DNA from: Eledone cirrhosa
Taxonomy: Eukaryota
NCBI GenBank assembly: GCA_964016885.1
Contig: OZ024741.1
Coordinates: 299,088,001-299,152,000 of the forward strand
Direction: 5' to 3'
DNA length: 64,000 nt
Each line of letters begins with the position of its first letter. Within the stretch, counting starts at the first letter, position 1. The notes beneath the pieces were generated by a model, which did no database searches, was not told the DNA's origin, and worked only from the letters and a program-made list of their open reading frames with translations. Of this stretch, positions 1 through 11,283 are shown one piece after another. The translations under genes were made by a program, and so were the position numbers.

Positions 1-2125
1 ATAGTACTGACCCGTTATTTCGTCCATTTAGTTCCCCCCTGTGTTGGTTTATCCTTTCACCTATGCTACGAGCTGTCACACCTATGTATGTTGCTGTCAT
101 GTTTCTGCAAGTACCCTCTGTACATCTTATGCTATAGACTACGTTTCTAGTTTTACAGTTTATCCGGGGGTTCACTTTACATATGATACATTTCCTATTG
201 GTACAGTGGGTTTTCTTAAAAGGGTAGGTTTTGCTGATCAGGGATTTTATGGTGGTTCCTGGCTTTTCTACCACCTTTATTTTTAAGTGGGTCTTTCTCA
301 GGGCTTTTTTCTACACTGGTTAGCTAATTTCCCTCCAGGGGTGGCGTCCACAAACATGACACTCTGGTATCTCTGGTTGTCGTACCATGAGGTGGCTTTC
401 CCTATCTTATGTCTAGCCTTATCTTAGCTATTCCATGATTTGCTCCTGTATAATGGGCAAATTCCTTTCATGTCCAGTTCTATGAGGGTCTTATACTTTT
501 CCATGGCTCCTTCGTATACTCTGACTCTGTCTCTTTGGTTGTAGCCAGAGAACTGCATGCGGTTGATGAAGTGTTGGATGTGTTTTTCCATTTCTGTTGG
601 GTCGCACATGCGGGACACATTCTTCATCACTCGTACCACATCTGAAGATCAGAATATTAAACTTAGCACTACTGGACATTGCTGAGTTTTTGAGTATCAG
701 GTATTTGGAGGCCATGGCTTTAGCATAGTGTGAGTGGAGAATTTGGGCTCTCTCGTCTATAGTGTTAATCTAGAGTTCCGTGTCTAATACAGGTAGTCTA
801 TTTTTAGGGTGTTTGGAAGGGAAGTCGATAGTTACAGTTATACTAGTGGGGGTGTTCCTATAACTATATTGATATCGTCTACATAACGAGAGTACATGAT
901 GAGGTCTATGGAGCTTTCATTAAGGAGATCTTTAAGTCTCCTTTCCCACCATACCATGAAAAGGTTGGCAACATCACCAGCTATGCTGACGCCGATAGCT
1001 GCTCCCTCATTTTGGGTGTAGATTTTCTCATTGAACTTAAATATGTGGCCCTTTAGGGTAGTTTTGATACTAGCCCCTATTGCATGTGCGACCATTTTTC
1101 TTACCTGATCATTGTTTTGGGGGGTCCGTATAGCTTTGGTCCACACAATCCACCTTCCCATGGGAGTCTTTTTTGCCATTGAGGTTATGGTGGGGGGTCT
1201 ACCTCTTATAGGTCTACTAGGGCAGAAACATCTAAGGTCATGGCTGTCTAGGTAGTCAGTGTCGTAGGTAAATCTAAGTAGGAGGCCCAGTTCGTCTGTG
1301 TCGACGTCGCAGAACTCCACCTCACTCTCAATGATCATCTCCACACATCTTTTCACAGCAAAATCAATGTTAATGGATGGGTACAGTGACACCACACCCA
1401 TGCTGCCTATTATTCAGTTGGATAGGCTCTTGTTTTTGTTGCACTCACTGATTCTGCTGAGGAGGTCCTCTGTACTGTCACATACATCTGGGGACATCTT
1501 GATTATGGGGGGTATAACCATTGAGAGGAAGTAGGAGATCCTGTAGTTGCTAGCTATATTAGCTCCGCATACGGGTCTTGTTGGTGGTCCTGTTGTCGGG
1601 TCGTCGACTGTCTTGTGGTCTTTGCGGAGCCCATACAAGGGTGGTATGCCATTGTTAGACGCCTGGAAGTTGTTGGCAGTGCGTCTGCTTGGCTTTAGGA
1701 TGTCAGTCCACATCATCATGTGAGCGTTGAGGATTCTTTCTCTCCCATCGTGTGTTTGTTGTGCAATTTCGCTCGTGTTGGTGATGTGGGGTTGCATAGC
1801 CTCGATGTAGTTCGGCATGCTATCTATTGACATCCTACCAGACTTATCCGTGGGCAGACACACTACCTCACCATCCCTTGTGCGCTGCTTGAGGCTAACC
1901 AAGCCTTCTACAGGTTTCCTCCCAAGTTGTTGGGCCTTTGGTCTGCTCTGTCTCTTAGTATACCTGTCTACTATTTGTCTAATCTTATTTCTATCTATGG
2001 TGAACTGTGCCTCTGTCTCGTCATCTATATGTTGTGGTATGCAAACTCTTTTATTAAAGGGTAACCTCGTAGGATACATATTACCCATCTTATATGTTTT
2101 GTCAGCTGGGTTGAAAAATAGTTTC
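1..2125 (-). mobile_element. Penelope-like retroelement (probably Naiad-type), 5'-truncated and decayed: RT plus C-terminal GIY-YIG endonuclease, running off the left edge
   Basis: Minus ORFs 1414-2217, 838-1401, 491-715 and 424-639 give TDKSG, P-LYGLRKDHK, RPVCGA, SLYPSI, GAAIGVSIAG, YSRYVDD and MQFSGY. Bases 1-200 read C-x4-C-x2-C...NVVYSIRC...YIGVTARSIGERINQH. Contains stops, frameshifts and a deletion near 840. Confidence 0.93.
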
Positions 2126-2132
2126 TCTAAGG

Positions 2133-2233
2133 GGTGTTCTGCTATTAATTCTGGCAATATTACACAAATATGACCCTCCCCAAGTATAACAATATTTGTT
2201 TCGACACACGATTTCATATAAAAAACCTCGCTA

Positions 2234-2236
<3 letters not shown>
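2133..2236 (+). mobile_element. PLE 3' terminal segment, inverted relative to the PLE body at 1-2125, ending in (TA)n
   Basis: Near-identical to 39593-39696 and related to the Naiad termini at 24068-24170 and 27920-27957 (GGCAA...ATGACCCTCCC-AAGTATAACAATAT). Confidence 0.8.
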
Positions 2237-2288
<52 letters not shown>

Positions 2289-2292
<4 letters not shown>

Positions 2293-2418
2293 TTCTGTTA
2301 TTTTAATATTAATCTGTTATTTTAATAAATATTTGCTCTACGGTTCTTATATATTTGATATATTTATCCTTATCGAGCCCTCTTTGGATTTTAGTCTTCA
2401 AATTTATTATTATTACTA
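2289..2418 (+). repeat. Short (TA)n-embedded terminal element (family A)
   Basis: Shares GCCCTCTTTGGATTTTAGTCTTCAAATTTATTATTATTAC with 40033-40072; its TTAATCTGTTATTTTAATAAA occurs inverted at about 39987-40007. Confidence 0.75.
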
Positions 2419-3074
2419 TATATATATATATATACCAGTATGTATCGATTTAAATATATAAACACACACACGCACACAGACATATATACAGTGGTAGATG
2501 GGGATCTTAAAAAAGCGTGGGAACTTATTTATGTCATAAAAATGAGAAAAAATAAATCAAAATTTAGTATCGCTAATGTACAAAGTTTCGTGTTGAAAGC
2601 TGCAGGTGAAACTTCTCCTTGGAAAATATATGGGACTTAAATGTCAAGTGATGGATGTGATGCTTTTGAAAATAGGGGAACCTGTGGTGAATCATTAATT
2701 GCAGAAATTTCGCAGTTTGAGCTATTTCGAAATTTTATAAAGAACCAATTAGATGTTGAGATTTACATCTTATTATAAGTTTACAATGAGGAGGAATCTG
2801 GTGTGTTGTATCATGCTGTTCTTGAAAATACACAGTACTTTAAATATGAACACAATGTACATATGTTTTATTTAAATATAGTTTACATCATCATAAGCTC
2901 TTGCTGGTTTAGAAATCAAAGATACGATGACATATTTAAAACATTAAATCAGGTACATTTGTGTATGTAGGCACCGACTCGTGACACCGAGAGTCAGAGC
3001 TGCGCCGCAGTGATAAGCCATTTCTTCCAAAGAAGTAGACATAAAAAGAGAGAGGGTGATAGAAAGGAAGCGAT

Positions 3075-3193
3075 GTGGTGCTTTTATATATGGAACTCGA
3101 AAGAATGAAAGGAAAGGTTTGAACTCCGACTGCAGAGTCAACGAATACCGCAAAGCATTCAATTCAATGCTCTAACGTCTCTGACAATCCACC
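3075..3193 (-). mobile_element. Old degenerate copy of the main tRNA-derived SINE
   Basis: Remnants of GAATGAAAGG...TTTGAACTC...AAAGCAT...CTCTAAC...CAATCCACC match the reverse complement of the SINE consensus. Confidence 0.55.
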
Positions 3194-3724
3194 ATACCGT
3201 TTATGTTCACCGGCTCAACGAATGCGTGGATTACTTCAGAAATTCTTCTAATTGTTCTTCAACCAATTTATCTATGACATGCATGGTCAGAATATTTCTT
3301 TTAATAATTCAAAAGCATGTTTACTTGTTTACACCGTCATGGCTCACTAATGCCGGGACGTTTACTAATAGGGACAGCATAGTTCAACATGCTTGTTTCG
3401 CTTCCATTACTCATTTACTTCTTTATTCAATAGATCAATGAATAATTGTAGCCGTATGAAACTGGATAAGACGATTTGTTTTGACAGCGAAATAGCTCGA
3501 GGTTGAAGAAGAAATAGAAGATTCAAACGGGAAACGAAACCTGAGATTTGAAGAGCCTGCAACATTAGTTCTTTATTTTATTTACTTTCCATTTGTTTGG
3601 GAGAAGATAAAGACAAAGGTTCTGGCAAAGAAGTTAGTATAAAACGAGTTTGCACTTTTAAGGATTTCTGGAAAATTACTTCCATTGCACATTAGTAAAT
3701 GCTAATGTATCGAAAGTGGTGTAA

Positions 3725-3847
3725 ATGGACCTAGCAAGTAAGGTCCGATTGATGAATAAAAAAAATGACAATGAGCTTCTACATGACACGATGAAGGAAG
3801 ACATTGAAGAAGAGTCAGTTACATCAGAAGGAAACTGCAAGAAATGT
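3725..3847 (+). CDS. Putative first coding exon of an unidentified host gene (MDLASKVRLMNKKNDNELLHDTMKEDIEEESVTSEGNCKKC)
   Basis: ATG directly after an in-frame TAA, 41 open codons in unique sequence, then a GTATGT donor at 3848 (phase 0). No homology recognised. Confidence 0.4.
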
Positions 3848-3925
3848 GTATGTAAACACACATTAAAAAAATATTTAAGCATGTAAACATGTCTTATTTA
3901 CGATTCACTCCGTACATATAAATAT

Positions 3926-4040
3926 ATAACGAAGGAAGTGTGGTAAGGACTATAACGCACCAGAGTACTCAATACTTAGGGTAGTAATGTGGTAATAGGG
4001 AAATGTTTAACCCGACCGCAAAGCTCAAGCCGTCGAAATA
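3926..4040 (-). mobile_element. Family E foldback element, hairpin collapsed by deletion
   Basis: ATAACGAAGGAAGTGTGGTAAGGA...GAGTACTCAATACTTAGGGTAG matches 28022-28100 and the reverse complement of 34072-34150 and 61632-61711. Confidence 0.8.
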
Positions 4041-4093
4041 TAAAATATTCAATGATATTAAATCAATGGAAACTATATTTATAAAACCATATT

Positions 4094-4154
4094 TATTCTA
4101 TTATATATATTTCAAGGGTACCAAAACTTTGGTACGCTCTCAACAGATAAAATA
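4094..4154 (-). ncRNA. Hammerhead copy in the opposite arm, core mutated (CTGTTGA)
   Basis: Reverse complement of the 4242-4302 motif with A6 changed to U. Confidence 0.7.
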
Positions 4155-4241
4155 CAAAGTTTGTTTTATAAATATTGACATAACCAAGAGGAAGAACTTA
4201 ATGGTTCAAGTTTTTCCTGGATATTTATAAAACAAAATTTG

Positions 4242-4302
4242 TATTTTATCTGATGAGAGGGTACCAAACTTTTGGTACACTTGAAATATATATAATAGAA
4301 TA
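4242..4302 (+). ncRNA. Type-I minimal hammerhead ribozyme, intact core
   Basis: Stem I TATTTTAT/ATAGAATA, core CTGATGA at 4250, stem II GAGGGTACCAAA/TTTGGTACACTT, GAAA at 4283, palindromic ATATATAT stem III, AUA triplet; predicted cleavage after 4294. Confidence 0.85.
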
Positions 4303-4455
4303 AATATGGTTTTATAAATATAGTTTCCATTTATTTAATATCATTGAATATTATACTCCAGAAAATCTATCGAGTGCTTTGAATCAGTTATAAACATTTA
4401 TAGTTGTTGAATTACCAACAAATTGAATATCCGTTTTGCTTATATATAAAATATA

Positions 4456-4706
<251 letters not shown>

Positions 4707-4710
4707 ATAT

Positions 4711-4745
<35 letters not shown>

Positions 4746-5048
4746 TATATATATATATATGTATATATATTATATATATATATATATGTATATATATATG
4801 TATGTTACGAAAAGGTGATAACATTTTCAAGTCAATAAATATTATTCGTAAAGACGTATATCACATGTTTCACAAGTGACCAGTTCGGAGCTTTAATCTG
4901 TCACATTGAACACTAATATTAATTTGCTCGTTAGGCGCAATGTATATTAGAATCAGAATATGTACATCTCTACATGCGTTCTCTCACTCTCTCTCTATAT
5001 ATATACACATAAAGATATATATATATATAAACATATATATATATAAAG

Positions 5049-5091
<43 letters not shown>

Positions 5092-5097
5092 AACATA

Positions 5098-5380
5098 TAA
5101 TAAATGTAATCTGAGTTGATAACATTCGATTCGTTTGCAATTTTGCAAACAAGCCTCAATTTTATAGCCATGTCAGGAGAATGAACACTTCATTCTTGCT
5201 CTTATGTTGGCATGCGAACATAACAGCAAGAATGAAGTGTTCATTCTCCTGACAAGGCTATATAATTGAGGCTTGTTTGCTAAATTGCAAACGAATCGAA
5301 TGTTATTATTAATATTCGAAAAACTCAGATTACATTTATTGTATTCAACTATGTAGAGCGAAATTTTCTTTTTTATAAAC
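5098..5380. mobile_element. Asymmetric foldback element (arms about 5098-5200 and 5224-5340, extension about 40 nt)
   Basis: Inverted repeat of about 100 bp with one indel, flanked by TA/CA microsatellites. Confidence 0.8.
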
Positions 5381-5410
5381 ACACACACATACATACACAG
5401 ACCCCCCCCC

Positions 5411-5444
<34 letters not shown>

Positions 5445-5642
5445 AACATATATATATAAATATTTCCAGAATATTTGTGATTTTAGCACAAGGTTAAAAA
5501 TAAAGCTGTAAACAGGTAAACACAATAACAGGCATTAGACATAATTAAATCTGTCATATTTACCGAAAAATAGAAAGAAATGCACGTGTAAAATGTTATA
5601 TTATGCTCTATTTATATATACGTTTCATGAATAGGTAGGTAG

Positions 5643-7300
5643 GCATTAGCTTCCTAGTCTTTCTATCCGTTTCTTTTTGTTCAGTAACATTCCATTTCAG
5701 AATTCCCGCATTGTACCTAATAATTGTTTCTACTTTTGGCACAAGGCCAGCAATTATCCCAGTGCATTACTGGTACTTTATTTTATCGACCCCGTAGGGC
5801 AATGTTAACCTCGGCGGGATTTGAACGCAGACCATAAACGGCCGTAACTCTTTGCTGCAAAGCATGGCGTCAGCCCCTCTACCGATATTGCAAATCCGCC
5901 AGACACATATTTGTGCAGACTGTTTTTCTCCATCTGAACACAGTCCTCTATTCTGATAAGACCTCTTCCACCTTCAGATCTCCTTAAGTAGAGTCTATCA
6001 ACATCACTCCTCTTGTGGAAAATGTTGTAGATAGTCATTAGCTTCCTAGTCTTTCTATCAATTTCTTTTTGTTCAGCAACATTCCATTTCAGAATTCCCG
6101 CATTCTACCTAATGATAGACACAGCTCGAGAATTTACTGCACTTATGACATTCCTACTATTTAGATGTGATTTTAGGATGTTCCTTACTCTCCTTATGTA
6201 TTCAGATCTTATCAATTCCTTCATTTTATTGTTCTTGATGTCATCTGCCTCCAGAACAGCCAAATAGTTGTATCCCTCTTCATTGTTAATTTCCTTTATC
6301 ATCTCACCTGTTGATACCTGGATTCCGTAGCTTCTGTTCAATTTACCCACTTCATCACTAGGACTCCACACTTATTAACACCAAATTTCATACATATGTC
6401 ATTGCTGAAAATACGGACAGTGTTAACAAGTATATCCAACTGCTTCTCACTTTTCCCAAAGTGTTTTAGATCATCCATGAAGAGGAGGTGGTTGATAGTA
6501 AGCTCTCCTTTTCCCAGCTTGTATCCTGCTTTCACTTTTTGCAATATTAGTGACAAGGGTATGAGGGTAAGGACAAACAACAAAGCGGACAAACTATCTC
6601 CCTGGAAGGTAACTCTCTTAATCTTCACGCCCTTGTTTCGGTCTTTTATTATCAGAACTGTGGTACCTTTTGTCAACCACTCAGGTTCTTCACCCGACAC
6701 CAAGCCGTCATTGGACATGGCTGTCAGTTTTGGGTGGCGAGATGTTATATTTTTTATCCAATATCCTTGCACACAATCTGGACCTGGTGATTTCCACTTG
6801 GTTATTTTTTTGACTTGCTTTTTAAGAGTTTCAACTGTGAATCTCAAATCAGACTTTTGGTATCCTTGTTTGCTAAACTCCTTTTTAACAGTCTCAATCC
6901 ACACTGCCTGACTATTATGCTCAACATCCTGCTCCAGAATGCATTAGTCTGTTCAGCTTCAGGGATCACGTCATTACCTCTTTCTTTCCCTTCAAGCTGT
7001 TCAAATGACATCTTCTGGGTATTGTCAAACTCCGTTCTCATATCGCTTTATATTTGCGCTTTTTGCTACTATGCGTTGCTTCAGTTCCTCTATGATAAAA
7101 TTTAGGTCTTTTCCCTTAGTATTTTATTTTATTTTCAATCTATATTTAGTGTCTATGTTTTGTAATGTCCCATTTGGTAAAGACTCAAGCTTTCCAATGT
7201 CTTTTCTTATTTCCTTGATTTGACCATTCAGTCATTTCTTCCAACAGGGAGCACTTGCTGGGTGAGAGTCGTTCACATGAAGTTCCAGCCTCCTTTCCCC
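5643..7300 (-). mobile_element. R4/Dong-clade non-LTR retrotransposon RT fragment, decayed and interrupted by a SINE
   Basis: ORFs 6338-6904, 6105-6371 and 5805-6038: WKSPGPD, FQGDSLS, INHLLFMDDLK, FGVNKC, SDVDRLYLRRSEGGRGL. Confidence 0.9.
5720..5900 (-). mobile_element. Main tRNA-derived SINE (about 190 bp)
   Basis: Reverse complement of consensus GGCGGTGGATTGGCAGTATCGGTAG...GAGTTCAAATCCC...GGGGTCGATAAAATAAAGTACCAG...GCCTTGTGCCAAAAGTAGAAACAATT. Confidence 0.9.
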
Positions 7301-7478
7301 CGTTATTCGAACTGTTTAAGTTCGACATTTAAACACTCATATCGAGGATTAGTGAATTTAAGGTTGCACCATCACTAGTGTTTTTAGCGTGAAACCATCA
7401 TTTAAAAATAAAGAGAAAATTAAGCTCCGGTGCAATTTATGTGACATTTATCTATCATTATTTTTGTGCTGCCCTTTA

Positions 7479-7667
7479 GGGCGGTGGATTGGCAGTATCG
7501 GTAGAGGGTCGGACGCCATGCTTTGACGTATAGAGTTACGGCCCTTGCCATTCTGAGTTCAAATCCCGCCAAGGTTAACTTTGCCTTTCATCCTTACGGG
7601 ATCGATAAAATAAAGTACCAGTAATGCACTGGGTAATTTCTGGCCTTGTACCTAACGTAGAAACAAT
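7479..7667 (+). mobile_element. Main SINE with target-site duplication ATTATTTTTGTGCTG
   Basis: A-box TGGCAGTATCGG, B-box GAGTTCAAATCC; the 15-mer is repeated at 7457-7471 and 7666-7680. Confidence 0.93.
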
Positions 7668-7684
7668 TATTTTTGTGCTGTTTT

Positions 7685-7773
<89 letters not shown>

Positions 7774-7962
7774 CAGAGAGAGCGAAAGAGAGAAGGGGAG
7801 AATATCAATAATTTATACATAAGAAAAATCTTTTACTTGGGTTGTTTCTGTTCGACAACGATGGGATCCGGCAAATACATTTGGCTCGGAGTCGTCTGTC
7901 TGAGGACACTGGTTGATGTCCACTTTCTCCAAATCTATATCAATGCCGCTCGTACCTCTGGA

Positions 7963-8125
7963 ATAATAATAATAATAATAATAATTATAATAATTATAAT
8001 AATAATAATAATAAAAACAACAACAACAACAGCAATAATAATAAAGATTTCATTTAATAGCCACAAGGGCCGATATGTAGGGGACAATACAAAGACAGGG
8101 ACAGTGGAGTTTACAATAAGGTCAA
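7963..8125 (-). mobile_element. Solo 3' end of Tx1-like LINE with (ATT)n tail
   Basis: Matches 11285-11375 (GGCCCTTGTGGC..TAAATGAAATC on the minus strand). Confidence 0.75.
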
Positions 8126-8147
8126 GTAAAAATGCACAATGGCAAGA

Positions 8148-8838
8148 CTAATTTAGCCTTTTAAGGTCTCTTCTTTTCAACCAGTTCCATGTCTGTGGAT
8201 CTCTGAATTCAGTTTTCTCAAAGAAGGTACTATGAAGGGATTTTTTATGAAGGCTGCTCTTTCTCCTTGTTGATATTTCCTCCTTGGACATCCCCTGGTC
8301 TATTGTCCTCTCCTTCAGTACAATTCTGAGCATTGGCTCCGTACTATCACTCACGCATTTGTACAGGTTGTTTTTCTCCATCTGAACACAGTCCTCTATG
8401 CTGATAAGACCTCTTCCAGCTTCAGATCTCCTTAAGTAGAGTCTATCGACATCACTCCTCTTGTGGAAAATGTTGTAGATAGTCATTAGCTTCCTAGTCT
8501 TTCTATCAATTTCTTTTTGTTCAGCAACATTCCATCTCAGAATTTCCGCACAGTACCTATTAATAGACACAGCTCGGGAATTTACTGAACTTATGGCATT
8601 CCTACTGTTCAGATGTGACTTTAATACGCTCCTTACTCTCCGAATGTATTCAGATCTTATCAATTCCTTCATTTTTTTTGTTCTTGACGTCATCAGCATC
8701 CAGAACACCCAAATACTTTTATCCTCTTCAGTGTCAATTTCCTTTATCATCTCACCTGTTGGTACCTGGATTCCGTTGCTTCTGCTCAATTTACCCCTCT
8801 TCATCACAAGGTTTCCACACTTACTAATACCAAATTGT
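8148..8838 (-). mobile_element. Second R4/Dong RT C-terminal fragment
   Basis: ORF 8148-8807 is closely similar to 5901-6390 (KELIRSEYIRRVR, IDRKTRKLMT, SDVDRLYL). Confidence 0.9.
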
Positions 8839-8839
8839 T

Positions 8840-11280
8840 AGAAGGCAGCACTTGCCTCTCCACCCTTATTTTCCTCTTCAAGTGAAACTTGAAAAAGTTA
8901 ATTAGAGATTCGCCGAAGAGGAAAGTGTGTCTTTAACCCTTTCAGCCTTGTCCACCACACAATCTCTTTCGCCATGGCCACCAGGCAGATGATAACCGCC
9001 CGCCCTTTCTCCTCAAAGGAAGATGGCGAGACCATCTGCACAATCGACTCAGTCGATAACCGGATCAGTCCTACACGCGACAGCAACTGTTCGACATAGC
9101 CCCACATATCAGCAACGCTCGGGTACTGAACGAGTGCGTGCACGACGGGTTCGTCGCTCTCCGCGCATCTCGGACAGGCTCCGCTGACGACACTTCGGTG
9201 CCTGTAGAGCTTATCTCGAACCGGCAACGCTCCCCGGTAGCACTGCCAGGCCAGGGATTTTTGGAAGTTATCCATAGGCCCTGGGCTGAAAGTTCTCCGG
9301 AAGAGAGCAAACAGCTGATCTTCTTCGACGCCCAGGATCTCTTCGAGAACGTCGTCGCTCCTCCACTAGTCCTCTATAGAAGGCCGATGTGGATGTTCCA
9401 CCGATACTGGTGCCCAGCTGGCAGAGAGCACTGAGCGCCTGGAGACATTCCAGTTTCCAAGCGCTAACTCTCGGTCTTTTCCTGACCCAGGAATGCAGCT
9501 CCGTCAAGAAGACGAGCTTTGGAAAAACGTACCTGGCACCCCATGTCAGATTCTGTGAGGTCGGGGAGGGGTACCAGCTCCACTCTTTCACTTGTTCTTG
9601 TCGGTGATGGTTGCAGTGGAGTTTCTGTTGCAGCTGTAGTTGGTATTACTGTTGTTGTTGTTACTACTTCCACTGCTGCTGCTGTTGTTGTTGTTAATAC
9701 TTCCACTGCTGCTGCTGTTCTTGATTTCCGTGACGTGGGTATGGATGCCACGGACCTATCCTTCCTGCTTGCCTCCTGTCCTGCTGCTGGTAGCAGTAGA
9801 GCTGGTTTCTGAAGGAGAGGGGTTTTCTCCTTTCTCAGGGTCTTCTCATTGCAGAAGGCCCTGAGGTGAGTCTTCGACCCACAGCGAAAGCATTTCGGGC
9901 GTTTGCCCTCATCATTTAGGGGAAGTTGAGTGCCGTTATCGAAGTCTATCACATCCGGGATAGCTTTGATGCACTCCTGGTTGGTTTGAATTAACATCTC
10001 AATGGAGGCGCCGACCCAATCTTCTCGTAATTTTTTCTGTACTTGCAGTACAGTTGTTCTGTCCGCGATTCCGACGGGGACAGACGCGGCCAGCCAAGAA
10101 GGGGACGTCCCAGGGGGCCGGGGGGGGGGGGGACTTGTGTCAGTTTGACCCTCACAATTTTTTGCCCGCAGTAGGAGGGCACCAACACCATTTCCTCGCT
10201 CCTTAGGATTACTAAGGATTGAGCCTTTGCCTCCTGGGGTATGGCAAAAAGCACGTCCACGGTTATATATTTCTTGCCTCGGGTGTATGCGTTTTCCGCT
10301 GCCACACAGACCCTAAGGCTTTTTGGTTTTGAGCCTCTGTGGCTCTTTCAACCCTAAGTGATTTGTGCTTACTGTACAGTGCTGTTGGGTTTCGAAAAAT
10401 TCATCGGCTGCCTTGCAGATTGCTCGGTGTCCGGTTTTCGTCACCATCTTCCTTGCTTCCTGGAATTCCTCATTTGTTATAAGGATGGTTTCCAGGTTCT
10501 TTGCGATACCTGCAAACGAGATTGGTTTTTCTTTCTTGTTGTTGTTGCCGTCAGAGCTGCTGTTACTTTTGTTGTTGCTGCTGGTATTACGACCGACGCC
10601 GCCGCTGTTGCTGTTGTTGTTGTTGTTGTTGCTGCTGCTGTTGATGCTGCTGCTGTTGTTGTTGCTGTTGCTACTGTTGTTGTTTATGCTGCTGCTGAGG
10701 TTGCGGCTGTTACTAGTATTTTCCTCGAGACTGTTGCTGCTGCAGCTGATATTACGGCTGCTGCTGCTATTCTTCATGACGTCAGACGAATGAAATGGCT
10801 TTCCGTATTTACCGCAAACATCTTTCGTTGTTGTCGGCGTCGTGGAGAAATGTTCCACGGTATGCGCGTTCTCCTGATGAAGAACGCTACGAGAAACTAC
10901 ATTTTTTCTTTTTTTTTAATGGCGTCTTTTGCGAAAGAGGCGACAGAGGCGACACCACATTTAGAGGAGGAAGGGAGAGAGACAATCTTTTCTCTGACGT
11001 AATGACGATTGGGAGGAAGAAGACGGAAGGAGTGGGAGTGACTTGTGAAAATTCTTTTTTGTAGCCATGTTTTTTTACAGTTTAAAATGAATATTGGGCA
11101 CAAATCCCCAATAACTGGTTATTTAACCCCGAATGGCCAAATAGCAGGCAGAAAGGCCTCTCTCACGAGGAGGAGGGTCTCTTTATCTACAATTTGGTTC
11201 AAGTTTTAAACAATTTACAATTGTTATAACGGTTAAAAATTACAATACCTTACAGACCCGAGACACGGTCAACCATGGCA
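8840..11280 (-). mobile_element. Tx1-like LINE with large internal deletion (ORF1 joined to the ORF2 C-terminus at about 9545)
   Basis: ORF1 pieces 10313-10858, 9991-10305 and 9464-9997 with CCHC knuckle CFRCGSKTHLRAFC; ORF2 zf-RVT piece LAWQCYRGALPVRDKL...CPRC; EN and RT core absent. Confidence 0.88.
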
Positions 11281-11283
11281 TTC

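Larger units (their letters stand above)
4044..4440. mobile_element. Asymmetric foldback element: inverted arms 4044-4175 and 4221-4352 plus an 88-nt extension, with a hammerhead in each arm
   Basis: Arms are near-perfect reverse complements (about 130 bp); the right side ends in a long (TA)n tract. Confidence 0.9.

Noticed and set aside
4855-4905. Minus-strand GAAACATGT resembling a hammerhead 3' half
   Set aside because: No recognisable CUGANGA core or stem II; too degenerate to call.
10874-10900. CTGATGA followed by GAAA in the Tx1 5' region
   Set aside because: No stem II or stem I pairing.
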